This document shows, piece by piece, positions 1 through 12,997 of a stretch of DNA of 64,000 bases. Position numbers and translations under genes: made by a program. The stretch lies in the NCBI GenBank assembly GCA_047967505.1, contig CM106538.1. One strand, written 5' to 3'. A model generated the notes under the pieces. That model was not told where the DNA came from and did no database searches. It saw only the letters and a list, made by a program, of their open reading frames with translations. This stretch comes from Dipteris shenzhenensis. Taxonomy: Eukaryota. Within the stretch, counting starts at the first letter, position 1; every line of letters starts with the position of its first letter.

Positions 1-1675
1 TGAGTGCCATGTGTCCATTTTGACCTTAGAGTCTCTATGCCCATTTAGGCCTTACTTATGCACTCCATATTGATGCAAGCACTATCGAGCCCTCTAGTTT
101 CCCACTTCACCGTAACCACACTAGACGATTCCACTAACGTAACATTCCCTTCCCCTTAAGAATGGTTTACGTCCTTGAAAACAAAATTGGGAAACCTCCT
201 CTGGAGATTGCTTACCTTTTCCCATGTTGAACTCTCTTCAGATCTATCTTTCCACTTAACCAGACATTCTTTCCATATAGTATGTCGCATTCTTTTTTCT
301 TATGTATCTAAAATTTTTTCTGGTTCATGTGGTAAAGATGCCGGTTCAATAAGTTCAACTAGGATTTCATTTCCAATGAGATTATCATCATCTCCTAATT
401 TTCTTTGTAGCCTACTAACATGAAAAACTGGATGTACTCTACATCCCTCAGGTAAGGCTAATTTGTAAGCAAGTTCTCCAATCCTCTTAAGTATTGTGAA
501 TGGTCCACAATACCTAGGAGACAACTTCGGACATTTACCTGTTTTTAGAGATTCTGAAGATTCAGGTACCTTAAGGTAGACTTTCTCATTTACTTCAAAC
601 TCCAACTTTCTACGATGGGGGTTTGCATAACTTTGTGCTCTATCTTGAGCTTTTCTTATGCTATCTTTAGCTAACTTAAGCATTTGATTCATATCCTCAA
701 GAAAGTCTTTGGCTGCTTGAACCTTCTCTTTTTCAAGTCCCACTATCATTGGGGCTCTAGGTTGAAATCCATACATCATCATGAATGGACTGAAACCTGT
801 AGCTGAATGTTTGGCACTGTTATATGCAAATTCTAATATGGGCAAATACTGTTCCCAATTAGTTTGCCGTTTACTTACATATGCTTGAAACATATCCTCA
901 ATGATTTGATTGACCCTTTCAGTTTGACCATCACTCTGTGGATGATCTGCGGTGCTCATATTCAATGAAGTTTCCAACCTCTTAAATACAGCCCTCCAAA
1001 AATGGCTGTTAAATTTGCTATCCCAGTCACTAACAATACCAGTTGGTAGCCCATACAATCTATAGATATGCTCCACAAATAGCCTAGCTAATTTTGGAGT
1101 TTTAACATCTTCATTAACAGGAATAAAATGAGTCATCTTGGTCAACCAATCCACAATTACCCACACAGAGTTGTGCCCCCTCTGTGTTCTAGGTAGTCCC
1201 ACAATGAAATCCATGGAGATACTTTCCCATTTGCCAGAAGGAATCTCCAATGGGTGTAGGAGACCTCCTACCTTAAGGCGTTCAGCCTTATTAACTTGGC
1301 ATTTTTGGCACTTCAACACATAATCTTGGACGTCCTTACCTATTCCAGGCCAAAAGAATTGTCTTTTCAAAAGCACATATGTCTTTTGAATTCTCGAGTG
1401 TCCAGCACTCGGACTATCATGACATTCAAAAAGGATTTGGCGCCTAATATCATTATCATCCCGGACACATACTCTACCCTTATAGAGTAGGTAGCCATCT
1501 TCAATAGTATATTTTCTCCACTTGAGTCCTTTATCACCAACCTGTGGTGTGTCACCATTTCCATGTGACTCCTCAATGAAAGCCTCTCGATTAGTTGAAT
1601 CCCTGTTTTTAATTGCTTTCCATATTTCAGAGAAGTGAGGATCAAATTCACATTTCCCTTTTAAGGACTCTTGTC
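1..1675 (-). mobile_element. Ty3/Gypsy chromovirus-type LTR retrotransposon, 3' part (integrase + chromodomain + PPT + start of 3' LTR), 5'-truncated
   Basis: One frame from ~1675 through ORF 300-1376 reads CHDSPSAGH...CQKCQ (HHCC), WESISMDFIVGLP, HPQSDGQTERVNQ and GPF...HPVFHVSRL. After one stop it continues CLVKWKDRSEESSTWE (chromodomain, ~160-300). Polypurine tract GGGGAAGGGAA (145-155, minus) abuts TGTTACG at 144, the LTR start, which runs off the window. Confidence 0.93.
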
Positions 1676-2166
1676 TTTTTCATGGTCAAAAGCATTATGT
1701 TATATTCCATCACAGTTTTGAAGTACCCTCATTACATTTACACTATTTCACTTGACAAAACTACCAACAACATCATAAGCTTTGGGTGCCTCATGTGTTG
1801 GGAATGGCAAAATTTCAGTAATATTGAGACATTTCTCTACCAAAACTAAAAGACATCCAACATCAAGAATTCACCCGTGGGATGTGTTTGTTGGGTTTGT
1901 TGCATACACCATTACCAAGGCCACCAGTTCATGGTTAAAAATCAAATTAACCATATCTCCACATCATCTTTCTTCACCCATTATGTGCAAGAAGTGGGAA
2001 AACTCTTAATCAATCAATCAAATAGGTATGGCAAAAACATACGACCACATGGGGAAATATTGTGCAAAGTGTTGGCACAAACTTTTCCCACATTGCCCTA
2101 ACTTAGAGATTTTTATGATGAAAATATTTGATTGCATGGTGATATGCCTCTCCCTCACCCCATATC

Positions 2167-2204
<38 letters not shown>

Positions 2205-2220
2205 ACTCACACACACACTG

Positions 2221-2251
<31 letters not shown>

Positions 2252-2269
2252 CTCTCTCTCTCTCTCTAA

Positions 2270-2939
2270 ATGGTTTCCAAACAATCACAAAGCCTAGATA
2301 GGTTTTAACCATATGACCAAATGCCTAGGATGGAAAGATGGTGTCCACACAATCACAATGCTTAGATAAGTTTTGACCATGTGCCCAAATATTTATAACA
2401 GCGGCAAGTTGGTGTCCAAATCAAACCTTGATGGGAATGTTGAATGATGGTACACAATCATAAAGCCTAGATAAATTTTGACCATGTGGCAAAATCTTTA
2501 TGAGGGCAAGATCATGTCCAAACAAAACCTTGATGAGAGTCTCCAAATAAGCAAGTGGCCTGGAGAAGATTTGAGTGTGACTCAAAGACAACATTGAACG
2601 AAACTTATGTTAAAGGCCTCCAATTAGAGATAAAAACTCTAGGTTAAAAATAGGCTGTGTGTGTGTGCGCACACACGTGTGTGTGTGCATGTGTGCATGC
2701 ACACATGCATGCACATATGCACATATGCATGCATGTAGATGCGCATGCACATATGCACGTATGCATGCATGTAGATGCACATGCACATATGCTTGCATGC
2801 ACATATGTGTGCATGTGCATGTGCATGTGGTCATTTATTGATGTATGAGTGTGCCACATTTTGATTTAATGGCTGGAACAACCTATAGTAGCTCTTTTAG
2901 GTGCTCTACTAGGCCCTCTACCTCTAGGTTGCATACTCT

Positions 2940-3007
<68 letters not shown>

Positions 3008-3008
3008 A

Positions 3009-3046
<38 letters not shown>

Positions 3047-5639
3047 CTATCTTATTTTGACCTTATGGCCAAATCTTTGTCAAGGAAAGATCGTGTCCCA
3101 ACAAAATCTTGATGTTAATGTCCACATAGATCAGTAGCCTAGAGAAGGTTTGACCATGTAGCTGAATATTTATGATGGCAAGATGGTGTTCAAATAATCA
3201 CAAAGCTTAAAGATGATTTGACCCTATGTTCAGTCTTTAAGAGGGTATTATGATGTCCAAACTAAAACTTGATGAGATTGATGGGAAGTTTTAACATTGA
3301 TATTTATGAGGATGAGGTGGTGTAGGGATGGTATCCAAATAAAACCTTGAGGAGAGTTTCCACACATGTAGACAACCTAAATAATATTTGACCACGTGGC
3401 CAAATCACTTTGAAGGAATGATGGTGTCCAAACCAAACCTTGAGGGAAGTTTTAACCTTGTGGCAAAAACTTTATGAGGGAAGGATGGTGTCCAAATAAA
3501 ACCTTGAGGAGAGGGTCCACACAAGCAAGCAAGCTAGAGAAGATTTGGCCATGTGGCCATTTCCTTTATGATTGAAAGATGGTCTCCACACAATCAAAAA
3601 GCCTATAAATAATTTGAGCACATGGCCAAATAGAAATTGTCCACACAATAACATAGCCAATATTTAACCATGTCGTGTAATCATGAGTAGAATATATTTG
3701 ACGATGTGGCTAAATCTTTATGATCACAAGATGTTTTCAACATAATCACAAAACCTAGAGAATATTTGACCATGTGGCTAAATCTTTGTGAGGGCACGAT
3801 GGTGTCCAAACTAAACCTTGATGAGGGTGTCGAAAAGTTTTGGACACACTATAGCCAAATCATTTACGAGGGCAAGATGATGTCCAAAAAAAACCTTGAA
3901 GAGAGTGTCCACACAAGGTCAAGCCTATGGACAAAACTTTATGAGGGGCAGAGCTTGTCCCCACACAATCAAAAGGACTAGAGAATATTTGATCACGTAG
4001 ACAAATCTTTTCAAGTGTAATCATGTACTTAGAGAAGAATTGAGCACATGGCCCTTTCACCAAAAGATTTGACCAGAGAAAACCCTATTTAAATAAAAAG
4101 AAAAGAAACAAATAACAAAGTCTTATTTCAAAAATATAAATATAAATATAAATAAATAAATATATACACAGACATACATACATATAATATAATATAATAT
4201 AATGGTGGTGGATCTGACAACATTTTTATTAATGGATGATCAATGGATGCTTAAGGGCCATGAAGATAGCCTTAGTAAAAGTAGCTAGCCTTACTATACT
4301 AATTACAATAAATAAGATTGAGTTGTGATTAACCAGTCATCGTAGCATTAATTAAAATTGATTAACTTTAAATTTTAGGACAAATTGAGAAATTACTAAG
4401 CCTTAGTAACATTATAAACAATTGCTAATAATTATATTATTAATACAATTTATTTATGTGACTAGAATGGTAGTGGATACTAAACAAGGTTTTTCAAAAT
4501 CAAAGAAAATGTTATAAACAAAAGAAAAGAAGAGTTTTAAATTGTTAATTAAGGTAATAGAATGTTAGTGCATGCTAAACAAGTTTTTATTGTTAGTATT
4601 CTACAAGGTTTTACAAGCAAAGAAAACATTAAAAAAGTAGGAATACAAACTTTGGAAATCAACCTTAATAGAATCTAATTCCTAATGTCCTCATGATCAT
4701 CAACACTCTAATATCAGGTGGTTGCTCACCTTTCTTTTGTTCAACCTAATCTCAAACATACAACAAGCAAGCTTTCCTTGATTTTGTCAATTGCTCTTTG
4801 GACATTTGCTGTACTCTTTTGAGGAACTAATCTTTGCTTTTTGGATGGTTCTCTACTCTACAATGTTATTTAAACTCTTCCAATTGTACTAGCATTTCTT
4901 GGATGGCTCTCAAATCTTAAAGGAGTCTCCTTACATGTTTTCCAAGGCAAGCACAATGCTCTTCTTCTCAAATCCATTGAAAATTTATGGCTATGCATTC
5001 AAGAGTATTGGAAGGTAATTCAATCGGTTGTTGGTGGAAGGTCTCTTATAGCTAGACACTTCTAGGTACTCCATGTCTCTCTCTCTCTCAATGAAGCTTC
5101 CCATAATTAATCTTTCAAATTCTATAGTAGCCAGTGTTTTCCACTACTAGCCATGTTTTAAGGTGTGCACCCATCTCTTCTAGCCAATAGCTTGTGTAAA
5201 GCAGTAGCCCATTCTCTTCACTGGTGTCCATGTTTTAAGGTGTGTGGCCATGTTTTCTAGCCCAAAGCTTGCCTGAAGCAACCTCCTACAGAACTGAAGC
5301 CATGCCAATGCAATAGTAGGCAACGATATGATCGATATAAGATGAAAACAATAAATACTTGATGTCTTGTACCAGATTCTCAAATAGAGACCTCACATGG
5401 CTAGGGGATGCATAAATAAAGTATCCCACAACAACAACTACCTCCTTGAAGGAAATAGACAATGATTCATCAAAACAATGGTTTCCAAATCAGGTCTAAC
5501 CATAGAAGATGAAAAAGAAACAACAAAATAACATGTAATTTCCCATCTTTTTGTCCATAGAATCATTTTTTAAAACAATGAGAGTAGAAATGGGGATCCC
5601 ATTTGAGAATTGCATAAGCATAAGACTCTATGGTCGTCC

Positions 5640-5711
<72 letters not shown>

Positions 5712-7515
5712 CAGGGGGGGAGCAAGGGAAGAAGATGATGAATTAGAATTTCAAATTCAAATTTGAAATTTGAAATTCAAAATTCAAATTTGGAATTTCA
5801 AATCTGAAATTCAGATTTTAAATGTGAATTTCCTATTTCAAAACTAAAATTTCAAATCCAAGATCCAAACCTAAATTTTATGTCTTCATAACACAATTGC
5901 AAGACTTTATAAATTGACCATAGGTCAATTTGATTATGCTATGATCACCACATTGCAACACGTAACACACACACACAAAGAAGTTTTGACCTTGTGGCAA
6001 TATCTTAATGAAACACTCTCCTCACACAGTCATAGAGTCCTGGGAGAAGATTTAAACATGTGGTAAAATGTTTATGAGAGCTAAATGGTGTCCATAGAAT
6101 CACAAGTCCCAAATAAGATTTGATCTTCTGGCAAAATCTTTATGAGTGCAAGATGGTCTCTAAAGCGAACCTTTAGGGGAACGAGGGGGAATTTTGATGT
6201 TGTGGCCAAATCTTTATGAGGGTAGTACTTTCCTCACACAATCACACATCCTGAAGAAGATTCAACCATGTGGCCAAATCTTTGTGAGTGCAAGATGATG
6301 TCAACATCTAATCACAAAGCCTTGAGAATCTTTAACATTGTGGCCAAATCTTTATGAGGACAATAAGGTGTTTGAACCAAATCTTTATGGCAGTGTGGGA
6401 AAGTTATAACCTTATATCCAAATCCTTATGAGGGTAGCAGTTGCCTCACACAATCACACATTCTACAGAAAATTTGACCATTTTCTAAAGCCTTACAATG
6501 GAATGATGGTGCCAAACCAAACCTTTATAGGAGAATGGGAAGATTTTAACCTTGTGGCCAAATCTTTATGAAGAATATTCTCTCACATAATCACAATGCT
6601 CAAGAAGATTTGAGAATGTGGCCAAATCTTTGTGAGGGAAAGATGGTGTCCACAAAATGACAAAGCCTAGAGAGGATTTAACTTTATGGTCAAAGAGGGA
6701 AAGATAGTGCCTAAACCAAATACTTATAGGAGTATGGAGAGTTTTTGACCTAGTGTACATTCTGGAGAAGATTTGGCCATGTGGCCAAATATTTATGAGT
6801 GCAAGATGCTATCTAAAAAAAAGCTTCATGGTATTGTGGGAAATTTTTGATATTGTGGCCAATACTTTAAGGTGAACCCTCTCCTTACACAATGACACAT
6901 CTTGGAGATGATGACCCTATGACCAAATTCTTATGAGGGCAAGATGTTGTCCAACAATCACAAGGCTTAGAAGATTTGACCATATGGCCAAATCTTTGAA
7001 AGGGCAAGATGGGGTCTAAATCAAACCTTTATGGGAGTGTTGGGAATTTTTAACCTTGTGGCCTCCCTATAAGGACAACACTCTCCTCATATAATCACAC
7101 ATCTTAAAAAATAATTGAACATGTGGCCATATCTTTGTGAGAACAAGATGGTGTCTAAACCAAAGCCCAGAGAATATTCAACTATGTGGTCAAATCTTCA
7201 AGAGGACAAGATGGTACCCAAAGGAAATTTAAATCTTTAGTAGGGTAACAGTGGGTAAGCTTTGACCTTATGGTCAAATATTCATGAACATTTGCTCACA
7301 TTATCACACAAATTCAATCATGTGGCCAAATCTTTGTTATTGCAAGATAATATCCAAACAAAGTCCTTATGGCGTCATGGGGAAATTTTGACCTTGTGGC
7401 CAAACCTTTATGACAACAGCACTCTCTTCACATAATCATACATTCTAGGGAATATTTGACCATGTGGTCAAGTATTTGTTTTGTAAGAGCAAGGTGCTGC
7501 CCACAATATCACAAA
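2270..7515. repeat. Degenerate ~70-bp satellite/minisatellite array in three blocks (about 2270-2600, 3055-4075, 5985-7515)
   Basis: Recurring core TTGACCATGTGGCCAAATCTTTATGAGGGCAAGATGGTGTCC (e.g. TGGCCAAATC at 6271 and 6341), interrupted by microsatellites and an AT-rich/unique segment. Confidence 0.85.
2657..2830. repeat. Alternating purine-pyrimidine low-complexity tract (TG/CA/TGCA/CATATG)
   Basis: Seen directly. Nearby (CT)n/(CA)n/(CTAT)n microsatellites at ~2171-2267 and ~2944-3045; further (GA/CT)n tracts at 5642-5710, 15914-15972, 25835-25921 and 39844-39910. Confidence 0.9.
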
Positions 7516-8086
7516 GCGACTTCAAGACTACTTCAGCCCCTCTCCCTTAGCCCCTCTCCTATTGCTCATTTCTTATCCTTTCTCCTAATCCTAGCTGGAC
7601 TGAGCTCCATCGCCTAGCCTAGGGGGTTAGGAATCATATGATAGCTTCTCTCAAGCTAATATCACTCAAAACGAACCCTAGGAGCTCCCTCTCTGGCCGC
7701 CATTCTACCTTAGATAGGTATTGCTCTAGACTGGTTTTTCCACAGACAAAGAATCAACCATGATTTTTCGAGGTTTTCTCAAATCAATTCAAACTAAAAA
7801 GAAATTTTATTGTTCAGAAGATAAGATACATTTTTCGAGCTCCCTCTCTGGCCACCATTCTACCTTAGATAGGTATTGCTCTAGACTGGTTTTTCCACAG
7901 ACAAAGAATCAACCATGATTTTTTGAGGTTTTCTCAAATCAATTCAAACTAAAAAGAAATTTTATTGTTCAGAAGATAAGATACATTTTTCTCTTCAAGA
8001 TCAATGGCAAAATCTGTGCCGTTTGGCTATTGTGAGCATCGCAAGAAGGGGGGGTCCCTGGCAGAGACTGTCATTTTTTTAAACAA

Positions 8087-8700
8087 TGAATGATAGAAAA
8101 GTAGAGAAGCAACCTTCATATGTTGCAAAACTAGCATCACCTTTTCCTAACACTAGGCAAAATGAGGTCATACTTCTTCTCCAAGAGCAGATTAGAGAAC
8201 AATGAATTGAAGCAACAATTTTAGGATCTAGAGGAGAGAGTGAAAGTGAATGAGTTGAAGCTAAACAATCCGACTCCCATTTTAGTTTTAGATGAGGAAT
8301 TAGTATCTAGACAAATTGAAGATATGCATAAGAATATTAAGGGAGAGATCCAAGAGAATCTCAAGGGAGAGATCAAAGGAGAAGTAAAGAGCTCCTTAGA
8401 CTCTACACGCCTACAAAAGGAAGCAAAGCAGCAAGCTGAAAGGTTGCTCAACTCAATGAAGCTTAGGATTGGAGAACTACCAGACAACTAGAATGTAGTA
8501 GAGGATTCTTGGGAAGATACTTGTTAAAAGTCAATAAAGCTTTACCAAGCATTGATTTGGGTGATCTCAACTTTGAGATGGCTCAAGAAGGAGCAGGGGA
8601 ATTCTTATTTTCGAGTCAAGGGCTGAAAGAATGCAAGTTCTTAGACAATCCAACAAGTTGAAAAGTTTACAGGTGTGGATGACAGAGGAACTCACAAATA
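8087..8700 (+). pseudogene. Degenerate non-LTR (LINE) ORF1-like remnant
   Basis: Coiled-coil-rich stretch (ORF 8240-8491) ending KLRIGELPD. After stops/frameshift it reads ERMQVLRQSNKLKSLQVWMTEELT, resembling the L1-ORF1p/Transposase_22-like pattern of LINE ORF1 proteins. Confidence 0.5.
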
Positions 8701-8739
8701 ATATGTGCTCGAGGGGTTCACCTAAAAAAATTGAGTGTA

Positions 8740-8931
8740 CCATGTGCATTCAAAAGGAGGGGTATTTTAATCCCTGTTTTTGAAAAAATTTAACAGCATT
8801 ACAATAACAAGAGGGGTTTTTTAATTCAAGTTTTGAAAATTTTCACTTAGTTCATAAGTAAAGGGTGGTGTTTTCATTGTGGGAGAAATTTTAGCTGAGG
8901 GGTTTTTTCAATACCCTTTGAATGCACGTGG
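8740..8931. mobile_element. MITE with TA target-site duplication (Tc1/mariner-type non-autonomous element)
   Basis: Left TA|CCATGTGCATTCAAAAGG; right CCCTTTGAATGCACGTGG|TA. About 18-bp terminal inverted repeats, 192 bp, non-coding. Confidence 0.7.
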
Positions 8932-11176
8932 TAGATAGGGTTTCTTAGTTGTGCCCCCCGAGAATATGTGTTAACGAGTAGCATTACCCATCTACGCCGT
9001 GGGTCAACAAAGATACAATCCAAAAGAGAGTTTTATAGCAGTTACATTTCTATAGCATATAAAATTACTCTCATCAATCGCTTGCCCAACTTAATGTGGC
9101 TAACCTTCTCTCCAATCCTATCAATCTCAATGGCGAGCTTTATGGCATGATTACAGAAATGCATTGGTGAATAGGTAGCTAGACGATCCAAAGTCAATAG
9201 CTCCGATGCTGGATTCACTAATGCTTCTGGGTGTAAATCATAGAAAGTAGCTATCGAAATGTGTCCCCTACTCATGTGACACCAACATTGTGTGAGATGA
9301 ATGCTCCTTTGTTATTGCCTGGCCAAGTGCCTGGGCTGGTTGTAGTGCTACATCTAATTGAATCTTCTTAAAATCATCGATAGGGTTGTGTTTGTCTCTT
9401 GCTTGTCTTGTGGCTTATCATCCAGTGTATGAGTAGTATATAGGTGCTCCTTGCTATGTGCAACTTTGTAGGAGTCCATCAGATTGCCTATGTGTTCGAG
9501 GGGTCCTACTATGAAGGTAGGAAGCTAGCTACCTTTATCTTCATTGTGACCTTGGTGAAGCTCACACCCACGGTATGTTGAATGTTGGTGGAAAGTCCCA
9601 AGTTGATGGAGAAGCATTTATGCAATTTTTCTACCATCGATAGGGTTGTGTTTGACTCTTGCTTGTCTTGTGGCTTATCATCCAATGTATGAGTAGTATA
9701 TAGGTGCTCCTTGCTAGGTGCAAATTCGTAGGAGTCCATCACGTTGCCTATGTGTTCAAGGGGTCCTACTATGAAGGTAGGAAGCTAGCTCCCTTTATCT
9801 TCATTGTGACCTTGGTGAAGCTCACCCACCGCATGCCGAATGTTGGTGGAAAGTCCCAAGTTGATGGAGAAGCATTTATGCAATTTGTCTGTCAATCTCT
9901 ATAGCTCAAGAGAGTACTAGCTAGTCAATTCCCTGCAGTGCTAGACAATAAGATTTAAGGATGTCTTCTTTGAAAATCAAACAGGGAACTATGGGGAAAA
10001 AATTCAAACAGAGCCATAGCTAAAGCTGAGGACAAATTGAACAGGTTTTTGGATCACACTACCTAACAACCTAGCATTTTGGCCAAGTGTCATAGTCTCT
10101 CATGGACTTTGGATAAGTTAGGAGAAGATTTTAAGTGTCTTTCTGGCTGCTCTTTATCGAATTGGAGCCTGATGGGCAATTTAATGCTCATAAATTTTGT
10201 GTGGCGCCATTGCCAGAACTATTAGATCTCCAATCATGAAGCATCATGTTGAGGAGTTTTTGCCTTGCCTATGAGCAAGAGGGCTCCATGTGGTGTGAAG
10301 AAAGCATTGTTTGCATATACAAGAGGGGATGAGTCACTGGTAAAAGGATTTTGGCACCAGCATTGGCCAAGGAGGGAGGCAGAGAGTAGAAGGGGGTGCA
10401 TAGATGCATGGGGACGAGGAGAGGTCAAGGGAAGGGAGGAGATGATGCCAATTTCCACAAGTGAGATTATTGTATGGGCCATTGAGATTGGAACTGCCAT
10501 GGTGAGTATTGCACTCGTGGTGTGACCATGGTGCAAAATTTCATGCAATTAGCGAAGAGAAGAGCATAGAAAGGCAAGAACAAAAAAGAGGAAGTTGAGA
10601 GCAACCCTTTCCAAAAATGTGGAAGCCTTTGAATGACATGTGAATCTTCAAAAAAATAAGTAAATATAGATACGATAGAAGTGGTGTGCAAAATGTAATT
10701 GCAAAAATGTCTATGTGTCTCACACAATAAAATTTGAGATATGGCAAAATTTGCAAACGTTAGGTAACATCAATATAGATATGAAAGTTCTACAATGATA
10801 CTACCATATCTCTAAGTCTAATTTACTCCTAATTTACTTAAGTAATCCCCCTTATCACAACATCTCTTTGGCTTTTATATGTGGTTTGGCCCCATAGTCC
10901 GATACTTAAACAACAAACATCTTTGAATCATATTCAATCAAAGAGTAATTCTTTGTTGGCTCCAATGGCCAACATAGAGAAGTTCTTTGTTGGCTCCAAT
11001 GGCCAACATAGAGAAGTTCACTTCCAAGGTTCTAGGCATTGGTTCAAATCTCTAAGTAGGAAAGTAGCATACACCATCTGGCCAATCAACAGAATCAAAA
11101 ACTTCATATTTTGGTTATATTTGTGTTACTTCAAATCTCGTTAAACTGGATTTTCCAGCGTCTTAGGGCCTTTCGG

Positions 11177-12822
<1,646 letters not shown>

Positions 12823-12990
12823 GCTAAAGAGAGAGTGGAAGGGGAAGGAGGGGCGAGGCGAATGAAGCAGGAGGTGGAGTTTGGAAGAAAGTTCTCCTGT
12901 GCTGAGACTGAAAAGGCTACTGTGATGAACGTGAGAGTGATGAGGACTGAGGGTCGTGTGATAGTGTGGATCGATAAGGAGAGGGTCTAT

Positions 12991-12997
12991 ATTTATA
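12991..12997 (-). promoter_or_regulatory. Candidate TATA box (TATAAAT) for OPR copy 1
   Basis: TATAAAT on the minus strand ~170 bp upstream of the ATG, followed by a CT-rich leader. Copy 2 has TATTTAA at a comparable distance (42937-42943) with a similar CCTCTATT context. Confidence 0.5.

Noticed and set aside
2610-3060. Several 60-75 aa ORFs rich in H/M/C/A/V or L/S
   Set aside because: Translations of microsatellite/low-complexity DNA; the same applies to ORFs over the (GA)n tracts at 15.9, 25.8 and 39.8 kb.
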